From an uncultured delta proteobacterium (GTDB lineage Bacteria > Desulfobacterota > Binatia > UBA9968): a DNA stretch of 64,000 bases. The number at the start of each line of letters is the position of its first letter. The first letter of the stretch is position 1. Positions 33,141 to 42,997 of this stretch are shown here, in pieces. The stretch spans positions 128,001 to 192,000 of the forward strand of contig CAWDPO010000006.1 of assembly GCA_963804165.1 (NCBI GenBank), read 5' to 3'. The notes beneath the pieces are model-generated. The model saw nothing but the letters and a program-made list of their open reading frames with translations. It ran no database searches and was not told the origin of the DNA. A program made the translations under genes and the position numbers.

Positions 33141-34181
33141 CTAATCGCTCGCGCTCTCCTCGCGATAAAGATCGAGCGCTTTCAGCACCGGGGAGTCGCT
33201 CATGGAGAAAAGAATCGCGTCATCCGATGAAGAAACATTTACGTGCCGATGGTCATACCACAGCGGCACGACGAACGAGTCGCCCTGCTCCCACGCGAAG
33301 TGCTGCTCGCCGATGTGCGTCGCTCCTTTGCCGCGAAACACGTGATAGATCACCGTGCTCGTATGGCGATGCGTGTCCGTCTGATCACCGGGAGGCAATA
33401 GTTGCACAGCGCACTGAATCGTCGTCATCGTCGGCCCGCCGGTAAGCGGATTGCGATACTCTAGCAAATAGCCGTCGAAGCGATTTCGTGCGGTGGGCGA
33501 CTGAGTCAAAGCGCGCAAAGTCTTTTCCGTCTCGCGCCATTTGTAATGAAAAACATCCGTAATCGGAACGCCGTGGCGGGGCGATGCGCCAGGTTGATCC
33601 ATCACCTCTTCGCTGCTTTTCTCGATCGGCTGGCGCCGCTCGGGATAGCGCTCTTGCATGACCTGGTGCAGCGCTGTGACGAGCGGAAAATCCAAACCGT
33701 CGAGCCAAAGCATGGGCTCTTGAGAATCGTTGGAGTGGTCGTGCCAGGTGAGCTTGGGGGTAAGAATCAGATCGCCGGGCTGCATGATGCATTGCTGGCC
33801 ATTGACCGTCGTGTAAGCGCCGTTGCCTTGAATGACGAAACGCAGCGCCGCCGGCGTGTGGCGGTGCGCCCGCGCATTCTCGCCGGGCTTGACGTATTGA
33901 AATGAGATTTGCAGCGTGTGCGTCGCGAAGGCTTGCTGCTGATTGAGCCCTGGATTGACCAGGCGCACGACCCGTCGCTCGCTGTTTTCCAGGCTGATCA
34001 CCTCACCCGCGCGCACAAGGCTTTCATGCACGTCAGCCCACTTCCAGAGACAGGGCTCCACAGACGTCATCGGATAAGGCGGCAACCCTTCCATGCCGAG
34101 GCGCCAATAGCCCGAGAGATTTTTCTCCGCCATCTCGCGGTCCAAGAGTGCCACGCTATCGGTTCGAGCGATCTGAGCCAT
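33141..34181 (-). CDS. gentisate 1,2-dioxygenase-like bicupin
   Basis: ERRVVRLVNPG, AHRHTPAALRF, WHDH, WLDGLDFP and HRHTSTVIYHV motifs. Confidence 0.88.
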   Translation of the reverse strand: MAQIARTDSVALLDREMAEKNLSGYWRLGMEGLPPYPMTSVEPCLWKWADVHESLVRAGEVISLENSERRVVRLVNPGLNQQQAFATHTLQISFQYVKPGENARAHRHTPAALRFVIQGNGAYTTVNGQQCIMQPGDLILTPKLTWHDHSNDSQEPMLWLDGLDFPLVTALHQVMQERYPERRQPIEKSSEEVMDQPGASPRHGVPITDVFHYKWRETEKTLRALTQSPTARNRFDGYLLEYRNPLTGGPTMTTIQCAVQLLPPGDQTDTHRHTSTVIYHVFRGKGATHIGEQHFAWEQGDSFVVPLWYDHRHVNVSSSDDAILFSMSDSPVLKALDLYREESASD

Positions 34182-34404
34182 AACCGATCACCTCCGCATC
34201 GATTCTCTTGCCCTGGATATCCCTTTGCCGCGACGACTGTCAACCGAGACTTCTCTCGTCGTGTCCGTTTTCTAAAGCGACGATACAGCAGAAGCCCGCC
34301 TCGGCTGACCACATCGGGGCGCCTCTACACATTCTTGCGAAACGGAGCCACTACCGAAGGCTTCTCGATTGACAGCTTGCGCAGCCGGCATTAAGACGAG
34401 GACG

Positions 34405-35383
34405 ATGATTGCACGATTCGTTACCATCTTGTTGATCGCGGCTTTGGCAGCGCCGGCGACGTGCACAGCGGCCCAGCTCACAGTCGAAACCATCCGCATT
34501 GGCATTCCCGGCAAGCTCGTCGATTTTTCGCCTTTCTTCGTCGGCGTGCACACCGGCATCTACCGCAGCGAAGGGCTGGAGCCGCAGTTCATCGTCATGC
34601 GCAGCGGGATCATATTTCCCGCGCTGCTCTCCGGCGAGTTGGATTACACGACGCTCTATCAGTCGGCGATGCGCTCGGCGATCAGCGGCTTGCCGGTGCG
34701 CGTCATCGCAACGCTCATTACCAAGCAGAGCTTTTTTCTTTTTTCACAGCGCGAGATTCGCCGCGTTCAAGAACTCAAGGGCAAACGCATCGCGATCTCC
34801 AATTTCGCGAGTTCCACGGAAGCCAGCGCACGGACGGCGCTGAAGCATCATGGCCTCGAACCGATGCGCGATGTCACGCTTATCGCCATGGGCGATACCG
34901 GACTGCGCTTTCAATCTCTCCTTTCGGGCGCCATCGAAGCGGCGATCCTGACGCCGCCTTACACCGTCATGGCGGAGCAGAAGGGATTGAACAATCTGGT
35001 TTGGCTCGGCGACATTGTAGGCGACGTCCCTTCGAACGGCCTGAGCACGACGCTGAGAAAGCTGAAGGAGAATCCCGATCAGGTCCAGCGCATGCTGCGC
35101 GCGTCGCTGCGCAGCATGATCTACACGCGCGCGCATAAGCAGGAAGCGTTGCCGATTCTAGCAAAAGAATTTCCCGGCATGGACCAGAACACGCTGGCGG
35201 GCACGTTGGATTTTTACATGAAGGCGATGAGCCCCGACGGACGCGTCAGCGACAATGTCGTGCGCGAAATGATCAATGAGCAACGCGCATTCCTGAACGT
35301 CAAGAATGAAGTGCCGATTACCCAGTGTTGCCGACTTCGGCCCGCTGCAACGCGTCGTTAAGGAACTAAATCCGAGTCAGTAA
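34405..35383 (+). CDS. NitT/TauT-family ABC substrate-binding protein, probable 1-nt insertion near 35326
   Basis: ELKGKRIA and HGLEPMRDV motifs; the expected C-terminus VADFGPLQRVVKEL lies in the shifted frame ending at 35383. Confidence 0.83.
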
Positions 35384-35431
35384 CGCAGCCGCGAATCAAG
35401 CCTGCTCAAAAAAACCTGATACGCGAAGTCT

Positions 35432-35752
35432 TTAGAAAACCCCGGCGTCAAGCAACGAGTACACGATCTCTTTTAGAGACGGATCGATGGTGTCGAGCCG
35501 GGTGACCGCCGGTCCTCCGGCCAGGGATTCGACGATCTCCGGCAAATCTTCCGGTTTGACGCCCGCGTACCAGTTCTTTTGCGGATGGACAACGATATTC
35601 GGCCCAAAATCGCATCCGCCGAAGCAAATATACGGTTTCACCTCGGCGTCGAGAGACTTTGCCTCTACCTGTTTGGTCAGGTCGTTCATGAGTTGCTCGG
35701 AGCCACGACTTTGACAGTCGACGTTTTGACATACGAAGCAAGTTTGTTTCAT
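35432..35752 (-). CDS. thioredoxin-like [2Fe-2S] ferredoxin
   Basis: VCQNVDC...CFGGCDFGPNIVVHP..WY pattern. Confidence 0.85.
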   Translation of the reverse strand: MKQTCFVCQNVDCQSRGSEQLMNDLTKQVEAKSLDAEVKPYICFGGCDFGPNIVVHPQKNWYAGVKPEDLPEIVESLAGGPAVTRLDTIDPSLKEIVYSLLDAGVF

Positions 35753-35834
35753 CAATAAACCCCGTGTCTCTATCTCTTATTTGATTAGCGCAAATGGAAG
35801 CGCAAATGCAATATCCCGCCGCTTGGAAGCTATT

Positions 35835-36983
35835 TTACTTCTGCGGGAGGACTTCTTTGACGAGCTTGAAGATCGGCGTTAGATCCTGGTACTCGGGCTT
35901 GGCGAGGTCGAAGTATTTTTTTTTTTCATCGAGGCGGTTGAAGGCATCGACGTCGTCCTTGGGAATATCGATGCGGCGCGAGTTGTGCGCGTCGGGCCGC
36001 CCGAGCTTTTGCAGCGCCGTTTGTCCCTCGCGCGAGAGAAACCAGTTGATAAACACCTTCGCCGCGTTGGGATGCGGCGCGCGGGTGGGAATCCCGAGCG
36101 TGCCGCCGGCGGCGCTGGAGCTCCCGCCTTCCTTCCAGTCTTCGGTATCGAGATAGCCGATCGGCAATTTCTGTTGCACCGCTTTACCGACTTCGCTGCC
36201 GGCGTTGCAGCGAATGCAGAGAGAATATTTCCCGGCGGCAAGCCAGTCGGTCATCTGGCGCGCATCGCGGCTGATCGCTACTTGCATCTCGCCGTAAAGC
36301 TTTTTAAGGAACGCCGGGCCGAGCTCTGGATTGAAAAAGAAAAACTGCAGCGTCGCGCCCATGCCGAAGGTTGTCGGATCGAGCGAAGCCATTTTTCCTT
36401 TCCACTTCGGCTGAACAAGATCCCAATACGACTTGAACTCCGCGGGATTCACCTGCTTGACGTTGTAGATGATTTGTCCCGACTGGGAATTCGCGACGAA
36501 AGCAAAAATATAACGTTTCTCCGGGTCGATGTAGCGGTGCTCGCCCTCGTACCATTTGGACTGATCCACTACTTCCGGAATCATGAGGTGGGGCTTGATC
36601 GGTTCGAGAATCTGGCCTTTGTAGAGCGCATCGTGCAGCGTGTTCGCGCCGGAGCTGATGACGTCCGGAAGAAACTTGTCGCCGCGACGTTCAGCGAGGA
36701 TCCGCGTCGCCAGTTGATTGCCAGAACCTAGAACCGTGGCGGCTTTAATCTTCGGATACTTTTTTTTGAATCCTTCGATGACGCGATCGAAATCGTAACA
36801 GCAACCGTATAGCGTCACCTGCCCCTCGGACTCCGCCGCACGCAAAGTCTTATCCCACTCCGCTTGCCAATGGGCCTGTCCGAGCGCGTTGGAAGGCAGC
36901 GTTGTCAGCCACGCCGCCACCACGAAAATACCGGCGCAAATGCGGGGTAAACTCACCAAATACCGGTAGATTATTGCACACAT
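35835..36983 (-). CDS. ABC transporter extracellular solute-binding protein (iron-like)
   Basis: AAESEGQV, WDLVQPKWKGK and APHPNAAKVFINWFLSREGQ motifs; start uncertain. Confidence 0.85.
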   Translation of the reverse strand: MCAIIYRYLVSLPRICAGIFVVAAWLTTLPSNALGQAHWQAEWDKTLRAAESEGQVTLYGCCYDFDRVIEGFKKKYPKIKAATVLGSGNQLATRILAERRGDKFLPDVISSGANTLHDALYKGQILEPIKPHLMIPEVVDQSKWYEGEHRYIDPEKRYIFAFVANSQSGQIIYNVKQVNPAEFKSYWDLVQPKWKGKMASLDPTTFGMGATLQFFFFNPELGPAFLKKLYGEMQVAISRDARQMTDWLAAGKYSLCIRCNAGSEVGKAVQQKLPIGYLDTEDWKEGGSSSAAGGTLGIPTRAPHPNAAKVFINWFLSREGQTALQKLGRPDAHNSRRIDIPKDDVDAFNRLDEKKKYFDLAKPEYQDLTPIFKLVKEVLPQK

Positions 36984-37171
36984 CGATATCAAATTACGCA
37001 CTGCGTTCGTCGCTGTCAAATAAATCGCGGATACCCTTGACTAGCACGCGGTCAATGAAATACCGTTGCGGCGGCTCGGCGGAAATTGACGAATCGACCG
37101 CGCATCGTAAATCGAATGCGGTCAAGAACACTATCGTCGGTTGCAGATTCATAACCCTGAAGGAGGGAAAA

Positions 37172-38185
37172 ATGAAGCATACTCGGACGCAGACAGTGCT
37201 CGCGTTTTTCGCGTGGTTGATATTCTCGGCCGGTTCCGCATGGGGGCAGGCTAACTTTTACGAAGGCAAGACCCTCACGGTGATGATCGGCGCCAAAAGC
37301 GGCAGCCTAGAAATCGCCTCGCAGGTCGTCGCGCATCACTTGGGCAAATACATCCCCGGCAAACCCACTGTGATCGTGCAGCATGTGCCCGGCGCGGCGC
37401 ATCTGCTCGCTACGAATAACGTCTTCAACATTGCCAAGCCCGACGGCCTGACGATTCTCGCGGCAAATCCCAACGTTGCCATCGCGCAACTCTCGAAGGT
37501 CGAGCAGGTTCGCTTCGACGTCCGCAAATTTCAATGGCTCGGCTCGTCGGGCGCCGACGGCGTGATGTTTTCCATCCGATCGGATTTGCCCTACAAAACC
37601 ATCGAGGAATTGAAAAAAGCCGACAAAGAGCTGGTTGCCGGCACGACCGGGCCGGGCTCCAACGCCCACGACTTTCCGCTGCTGCTCAAAGAATTCGCCG
37701 GCCTCAAATTGAAGCTAGTCTCCGGCTATCCCGCCAACAGCGATGTTCTATTGGCGATCGAACGCAAGGAAGTGGACGCATGGTCGGCGCTCGGGACGAC
37801 GATCAAGCTTGCCGCCGACCGTGGCGCGGTGCGACCGCTGGTGCGCGGGCGCACGCCGGTGCCCGGATTTGAGAATCTCCCGACCGATGAGGATCTAGCA
37901 ACCGGCGCGCTCGGCAAATCGCTGATGTCGATCAAGGCGCTGCCGCTCGCGATTGGACGCGCTTTCGCGGCCGCGCCGGGCACGCCGGCCGATCGCGTGG
38001 CGATATTGCGCGAGGCGTTTGCCAAAGCGCTCAAAGATCCGGAACTCTTGGCGGAAGCAAAGAAGGCCAAGATCGATATGAACCTTATTTCTCACGAACA
38101 GGTGCAAAAAGACTTCAACGCACTGCTCAACCAAACACCCGAGACGTTGAAGGAAATGGGCAAATACATCAAGGCGGAAAGCTGA
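37172..38185 (+). CDS. tctC: tripartite tricarboxylate transporter substrate-binding protein (Bug/TctC family)
   Basis: FYEGKT, HLGKYIPGKP, AKPDGLT, GYP..LAIERKEVD and PGTPADRV motifs; AAGGAGG RBS. Confidence 0.85.
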   Translation: MKHTRTQTVLAFFAWLIFSAGSAWGQANFYEGKTLTVMIGAKSGSLEIASQVVAHHLGKYIPGKPTVIVQHVPGAAHLLATNNVFNIAKPDGLTILAANPNVAIAQLSKVEQVRFDVRKFQWLGSSGADGVMFSIRSDLPYKTIEELKKADKELVAGTTGPGSNAHDFPLLLKEFAGLKLKLVSGYPANSDVLLAIERKEVDAWSALGTTIKLAADRGAVRPLVRGRTPVPGFENLPTDEDLATGALGKSLMSIKALPLAIGRAFAAAPGTPADRVAILREAFAKALKDPELLAEAKKAKIDMNLISHEQVQKDFNALLNQTPETLKEMGKYIKAES

Positions 38186-38206
38186 TCTAGTCCCCAAGCC
38201 CGGCGA

Positions 38207-38242
38207 TTTGAACGGCTTGAACGGTTTGAACCTGTTGAACGA
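38207..38242. repeat. TTGAAC 9-bp tandem micro-repeat (4 units)
   Basis: ttgaacggc ttgaacggt ttgaacctg ttgaacg. Confidence 0.8.
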
Positions 38243-38309
38243 GACGCGGCGGCTTAGCTGTGCAGTTCATCGAGCTCAAATCGTTCGAGCCCACGCCGAA
38301 AGTTTCGAT

Positions 38310-38627
38310 TTATTTTTTGATAAACCGCTGCACCGGCATGTTGCCCTGCTCGAAGCGCGGGTCGTAAGCCATGCCCTCGCGAATCCGCGTCAAGTAGTTA
38401 TCCCGATTCACTCCAAAAAGCTCGTAGCGATAAAGATGGTTCAGCAGAAAGGTGTGCACCCCCATCTGGTAGAGCTTGCCCACCGAGCCAGAAGTGAGTG
38501 CGTCGCGCTCTTCCTGGGTTAGGCCAAACTCGTCGATCACCTTTTCCGGCTCTTCCATCATCCTTTTGCGAAAGGCCAGATCGTTATCGGTAAGATAGAG
38601 CAATTTGTTGACTTGATAAACGCTCAT
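38310..38627 (-). CDS. LigA-like small subunit of extradiol ring-cleavage dioxygenase
   Basis: YQVNK...FR...LTQEERDAL...LYQMGVH pattern; adjacent to a LigB-like gene. Confidence 0.75.
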   Translation of the reverse strand: MSVYQVNKLLYLTDNDLAFRKRMMEEPEKVIDEFGLTQEERDALTSGSVGKLYQMGVHTFLLNHLYRYELFGVNRDNYLTRIREGMAYDPRFEQGNMPVQRFIKK

Positions 38628-38632
38628 AACTT

Positions 38633-39436
38633 CTACTCGAACTTCCACACGGCATAACCGTTGCCGTCGTCGCCTTCCAAAAACAGCGGCTTGGTCTTGC
38701 CCACGGCGCCGGCCACCGTGATCCAGTTGAGCAGCTCGCCGCTGTTGTTACCCGCCGCGTTGATGCGCTCTTCCGTGGCGCGTCGCGCGAGCGTTTGATA
38801 CTGGCCGCGCACGAGCAGCTTAGAAATCGTCTCCGCCCATTCGGTATCGACCCAACCGCGCAGCGGACCACCGACGTCCATGGCGAAGCAGCCGCTGGCG
38901 ATAAGCGCGATGCGCTCTTTACCTTCCCACACATCGATAAAGCGGCGCACCATTCGCCCAAGCGCTACGCATCGAGTCGCCAGCGGCAATGGCGAAGCGA
39001 AACCGTTGGTGTAAATCGGCACGACCGGAAGCCTCATCTCAGGGTTGAGAAAGTGGAGCGGCACCGTCAATGAATGATCGAGACGGAGCTCGTGCGCCGC
39101 GGCGAGATCGAACTTGTCATGCACACCGTATTGGAAAAGCGCCTTGGCAAACGGCACATGGCCGCGCACGGTATAACGCGGCATCGGGCACCAATCTTCC
39201 TGCGGACCCTGCGCCTGCTCCGCCATGCCAATGCAGAACGACGGCAGGTTGTTGTAGAAAAAATTCACGAAATGATCGCTGTCCACCTCGATGATGAGAT
39301 CGGGCTCGGCTTTTTCCACTTGCTCGCGCACCTGCCTCATCAGCGCTTCGCCCTTCATCTTGCCGGGAGACTGCTGCATCTCAAAAACGAGACGGGGCGG
39401 ATGCGGCACGCCGGCGGCGAGTACGAGTTTGGCCAT
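38633..39436 (-). CDS. LigB-like class III extradiol dioxygenase catalytic subunit
   Basis: GVPHPP, DHFVNFF, LDHSLTVPL and GELLNW Fe-ligand motifs. Confidence 0.85.
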   Translation of the reverse strand: MAKLVLAAGVPHPPRLVFEMQQSPGKMKGEALMRQVREQVEKAEPDLIIEVDSDHFVNFFYNNLPSFCIGMAEQAQGPQEDWCPMPRYTVRGHVPFAKALFQYGVHDKFDLAAAHELRLDHSLTVPLHFLNPEMRLPVVPIYTNGFASPLPLATRCVALGRMVRRFIDVWEGKERIALIASGCFAMDVGGPLRGWVDTEWAETISKLLVRGQYQTLARRATEERINAAGNNSGELLNWITVAGAVGKTKPLFLEGDDGNGYAVWKFE

Positions 39437-39526
39437 ATTGCTTCCTCCCTTCGTTAAATCGCGGGCAAAGTTTCCGCCGTTTCTTAACACCGCACCGACA
39501 ATGCGTCAATGAGACTCTGGAGTTTT

Positions 39527-39657
39527 CGTTCAAGTTCAAGGTTCAAGGTTCAATGTTCAAAGGCGGAAAAACAGTCTGAGCGTTGACAATCGGAGCGTTG
39601 GGGGGCCTTTGAACCTTGAACTTTGAACCGGCAACTCGTGTTGCCGAACGGCTTGAA
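39527..39657. repeat. inverted pair of GTTCAA/TTGAAC heptamer tracts
   Basis: gttcaagttcaaggttcaaggttcaatgttcaa...tttgaaccttgaactttgaacc. Confidence 0.75.
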
Positions 39658-39750
39658 TGGTTTTCAAGCTTGAACTATATTCGCGCCGGTCTCCATGGGA
39701 ATTTGTATCGTCGTTTCAAGCACACCCCTTCGCAAGGAAAACGATAAACG

Positions 39751-41256
39751 ATGCTCGACGCCTTCATCGATGGTCTATTCCTAGTTCTCCAGTGGAAAGC
39801 TTTCAGCTTGATGCTGGTCGGCATGGGCCTCGGTTTCTGCGTCGGCCTGCTTCCAGGCATCGGTGGCGCGGCGACGCTCGCGCTCATGATTCCCTTCGTC
39901 TTCAAGATGGCTCCCGCCGAAGCTTTCGCCTTTTTGCTGGGAATGCATTCAGTCGCCGCGACCACGGGCGATATTACCTCGATACTTTTCGGCGTGCCTG
40001 GCGAGGGACTTTCCGCGGCTACCGTCGTCGACGGTTATCCGATGGCAAAAAACGGCGAAGCAGGCCGCGCGCTCGGCGCCGCGCTGATGAGCTCCCTCGT
40101 CGGCGCATTGATCGGCGCCGTGGCCCTCGCGCTGGCAATTCCCATCGTCCGCCCGCTGGTGCTCACCTTCGGCTCGCCGGAGCTGTTCTTACTTTCGATG
40201 ATCGGCATCGCCTGCATCACCTCGCTCAGCGGCTTGAGCGTGCGCGGTCAGATCCGCGGCTTCGCCATGGGACTACTCGGTCTCTTGCTTTCGACCATCG
40301 GCCAAGAGCGCCAGTCGGGCTCGCTCCGATTCGACATGGGTCTACTGTATCTCTGGGAAGGACTCGATCTGGTACCGGTCCTGGTGGGCATTTTCGCCAT
40401 TCCTGAGCTCGTCGATTTGGCCGTGCGCGGCACTTCCATCGCCGGCGACCGCCCCGCGGAAAATTTGAGCCGCGGCGTGATGGAAGGCATCAAAGATACT
40501 TTCCGTCACTTCTGGCTGGTTGTGCGCTGCTCCGCGGTCGGTGTGTTCGTCGGCATCATGCCCGGCGCCGGCGGCGGCGTCGCTCAATGGATGGCCTACG
40601 CTCACGCCGTGCAAAGCGCCAAGGACTCAAAAGATCGCGAGCGCTTCGGCAAGGGCGACGTGCGCGGCGTGCTCGGACCGGGCGCGGCGAACAATTCCAA
40701 AGAAGGCGGCGACTTGGTTCCGACGATCGCTTTCGGCGTGCCGGGCAGCGGCGCCATGGCAATTCTTCTCGGCGGGTTCATGATCATGGGATTGGTGCCC
40801 GGCCCCGATATGCTGAGCAAACATCTGGCCGTGACCTATTCGATGGTTTGGACACTGGTGATTGCCAACATCATTACCGTCGTGCTGTCGCTTGCGGTGC
40901 TCAACCAACTGGCGAAAGTAACTTACATCAGAGGCGGCCTGATCATACCCTTCGTCCTATTACTCGTGTTCGTCGGAAGTTACACCGCCAACGGTCATAT
41001 CGCCGACCTGATCGTAACTTTCTCTTTCGGCGTGCTCGGCTACCTGATGGTGCTGTGGGGTTGGCCGCGGCCGCCGCTCGTATTGGGCTTGGTGCTGGGC
41101 AAGCTGGTGGAAACCTACCTGTTCATTTCGGTCGCGCGTTACGGCTTTGCCTGGCTGGCACATCCTATCGTCGTTGTTCTGATCCTGCTGATGGTGTTCG
41201 TCATCGTGTATCCCTTCGTGCGTGAAAAGCCGGCTTGGGCCGGCAGTGGCGACTGA
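39751..41256 (+). CDS. tctA: tripartite tricarboxylate transporter large permease
   Basis: GLLPGIG, ILFGVPG, DGYPMA..G.AGRALG and AANNSKEGG..PT..FGVPG motifs. Confidence 0.92.
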   Translation: MLDAFIDGLFLVLQWKAFSLMLVGMGLGFCVGLLPGIGGAATLALMIPFVFKMAPAEAFAFLLGMHSVAATTGDITSILFGVPGEGLSAATVVDGYPMAKNGEAGRALGAALMSSLVGALIGAVALALAIPIVRPLVLTFGSPELFLLSMIGIACITSLSGLSVRGQIRGFAMGLLGLLLSTIGQERQSGSLRFDMGLLYLWEGLDLVPVLVGIFAIPELVDLAVRGTSIAGDRPAENLSRGVMEGIKDTFRHFWLVVRCSAVGVFVGIMPGAGGGVAQWMAYAHAVQSAKDSKDRERFGKGDVRGVLGPGAANNSKEGGDLVPTIAFGVPGSGAMAILLGGFMIMGLVPGPDMLSKHLAVTYSMVWTLVIANIITVVLSLAVLNQLAKVTYIRGGLIIPFVLLLVFVGSYTANGHIADLIVTFSFGVLGYLMVLWGWPRPPLVLGLVLGKLVETYLFISVARYGFAWLAHPIVVVLILLMVFVIVYPFVREKPAWAGSGD

Positions 41257-41734
41257 TGAAGAGCAAAGGTCATCTCTATTTCAGCGCGTTTCTGATCCTG
41301 GTCTCGGGCTACGCGATCTTGGCTGCCTCCCGCTGGTCGTTCAAAACCGGCTTTTTCCCCTAGCCATTGCCATCCCTCTCTTACTTCTCGTGCTCCTCCA
41401 TCTTTATCTCGAATTCTTCCGCGCCCCCGAGGTCACCAAGGGGCCCGCCGTAGACGCAGATTTCTCCGGCGATGTCGACGAAAACGTCGCGCGGCGCCGG
41501 ATCATCACCATCTTTTCTTGGATCGCCGGTTTCATACTCGCAGTCTATCTGATCGGCTTCCCGTCGACGGTCCCGCTCTTCATGTTTTTCTATCTAAAGG
41601 TTCAGAGCGAGGCGAGCTGGTTTCAATCCCTAGCGCTTACGGCGATCACCTGGGTGTTGTTCCATCTGCTGTTTCAAAAATTGGTACATATCCAGTTCGA
41701 AGGCGGCGCGATCCAGACTTGGCTCGGCATGTGA
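41256..41734 (+). CDS. tctB: tripartite tricarboxylate transporter small permease, frameshift near 41355
   Basis: TGATG overlap with tctA; MKSKGHLYF...KTGFFP shifts at a tttttcccc run into LAIAIP...; four TM helices. Confidence 0.75.
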
Positions 41735-41867
41735 TCTCGCTGCTCGATGAGCAAAGCCGCTTGACATGCGCAGTGGCCGAGGTCGCCGCTTGCTCGCAGA
41801 AGGGTCTGCGGATGTGCTATCACTCGATCTAGCTCTCGTTGACAGTAAATTTTTGGGAGGAAAACGG

Positions 41868-42911
41868 ATGCGGTTTGGAACTTTTAGTTACAACCAAGCC
41901 CGGCCCTGGGTGTCGGAAAAGCAAGCCTTCGAGGAACTGCTCGAACAGATTCTACTCACGGAGCGCCTCGGGTTCGACGAGGCTTGGTTCGCCGAGCACC
42001 ATCACTCCGACTACGGCATGCTGGCGTCGCCTAATTTGATCATCGCCGCGCTCGCGCCGCGTACTAAACGTCTTCGCATGGGAAACTTAGTCAGCGTTCT
42101 GCCGCTTTACGATCCCATGCGTCTCGCTGAGGAGTGCGGCATGTTGGACATCTTGACGGGCGGGCGGCTCAATGTCGGATTGGGCCGCGGCGTACCCAAA
42201 GATGATATGAAGCACAGGCTCGACCGGGAAACGGCCCAGGCGCGCTTCGAGGAGGGCATCGAGATCCTCATGCGTGCCTGGACGGGAGAGACCTTCAGTT
42301 ACTCCGGCAAGGCCTGGGGCTATGAAGATATCTCGTGCCGGCCACAGCCGCTGCAGAAGCCCCATCCGCCGATCTACTACGGCGCCACTTCGCCGGACAG
42401 CCCGGCGATGGTCGCGCGCCGGGGTTGGAATCTCGCTCTCTCACGGCAACCGCTCGCAAATTGCGCGCGGGCGATCAGGGCCTATCGCGAAGAGCGCGCC
42501 AAACATACTGACTTGCCGGGTACCGGCAATGCGATCATGGTGCGCGATATCTACGTCGCCGATACCGATGAACAGGCATCGAGAGAGGCCATCCCGCAAA
42601 TCACCCGCTTCTGGCAACTGGCCACCGACAACGTCTGGCGCGGCGACTCGGTTTCCAGCGACGCCTTGCCGAAGTTCACCGAGCGCTTCCCGTATTTTCC
42701 CGGCGGTCTTAACGTCGAGCGTCTCGACGAATGGGGCACGTCACTCATCGGCAGTCCTGACACCGTCATCAAGAAAGCTCGCGTCATGATCGAGACGGCA
42801 CGACCTGACACTTTAGTCGGAATGTTCAGCTTCGGCGGATTGCATCATGAGCAGGTGATGCATTCCATCGACCTGTTCGCCACAAAAGTGGTGCCGGCGC
42901 TGGGCGCGTGA
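41868..42911 (+). CDS. LLM-class flavin-dependent oxidoreductase
   Basis: MRFG, LGFDEAWFAEHH, GRLNVGLGRG and PQPLQKPHPP motifs. Confidence 0.92.
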   Translation: MRFGTFSYNQARPWVSEKQAFEELLEQILLTERLGFDEAWFAEHHHSDYGMLASPNLIIAALAPRTKRLRMGNLVSVLPLYDPMRLAEECGMLDILTGGRLNVGLGRGVPKDDMKHRLDRETAQARFEEGIEILMRAWTGETFSYSGKAWGYEDISCRPQPLQKPHPPIYYGATSPDSPAMVARRGWNLALSRQPLANCARAIRAYREERAKHTDLPGTGNAIMVRDIYVADTDEQASREAIPQITRFWQLATDNVWRGDSVSSDALPKFTERFPYFPGGLNVERLDEWGTSLIGSPDTVIKKARVMIETARPDTLVGMFSFGGLHHEQVMHSIDLFATKVVPALGA

Positions 42912-42997
42912 GGGAATTGGAGAGCGGGTTTTACGACTCGCCGAGCGGCGGACAATGTTCTGCCCTCCTAAGTGAAAAATTATTACGAGAAGCGCCG

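Noticed and set aside
38207-39657. CRISPR array from the TTGAAC/GTTCAA repeats
   Set aside because: The units are 7-9 bp in tandem with no unique 25-45 bp spacers, and there are no cas genes.
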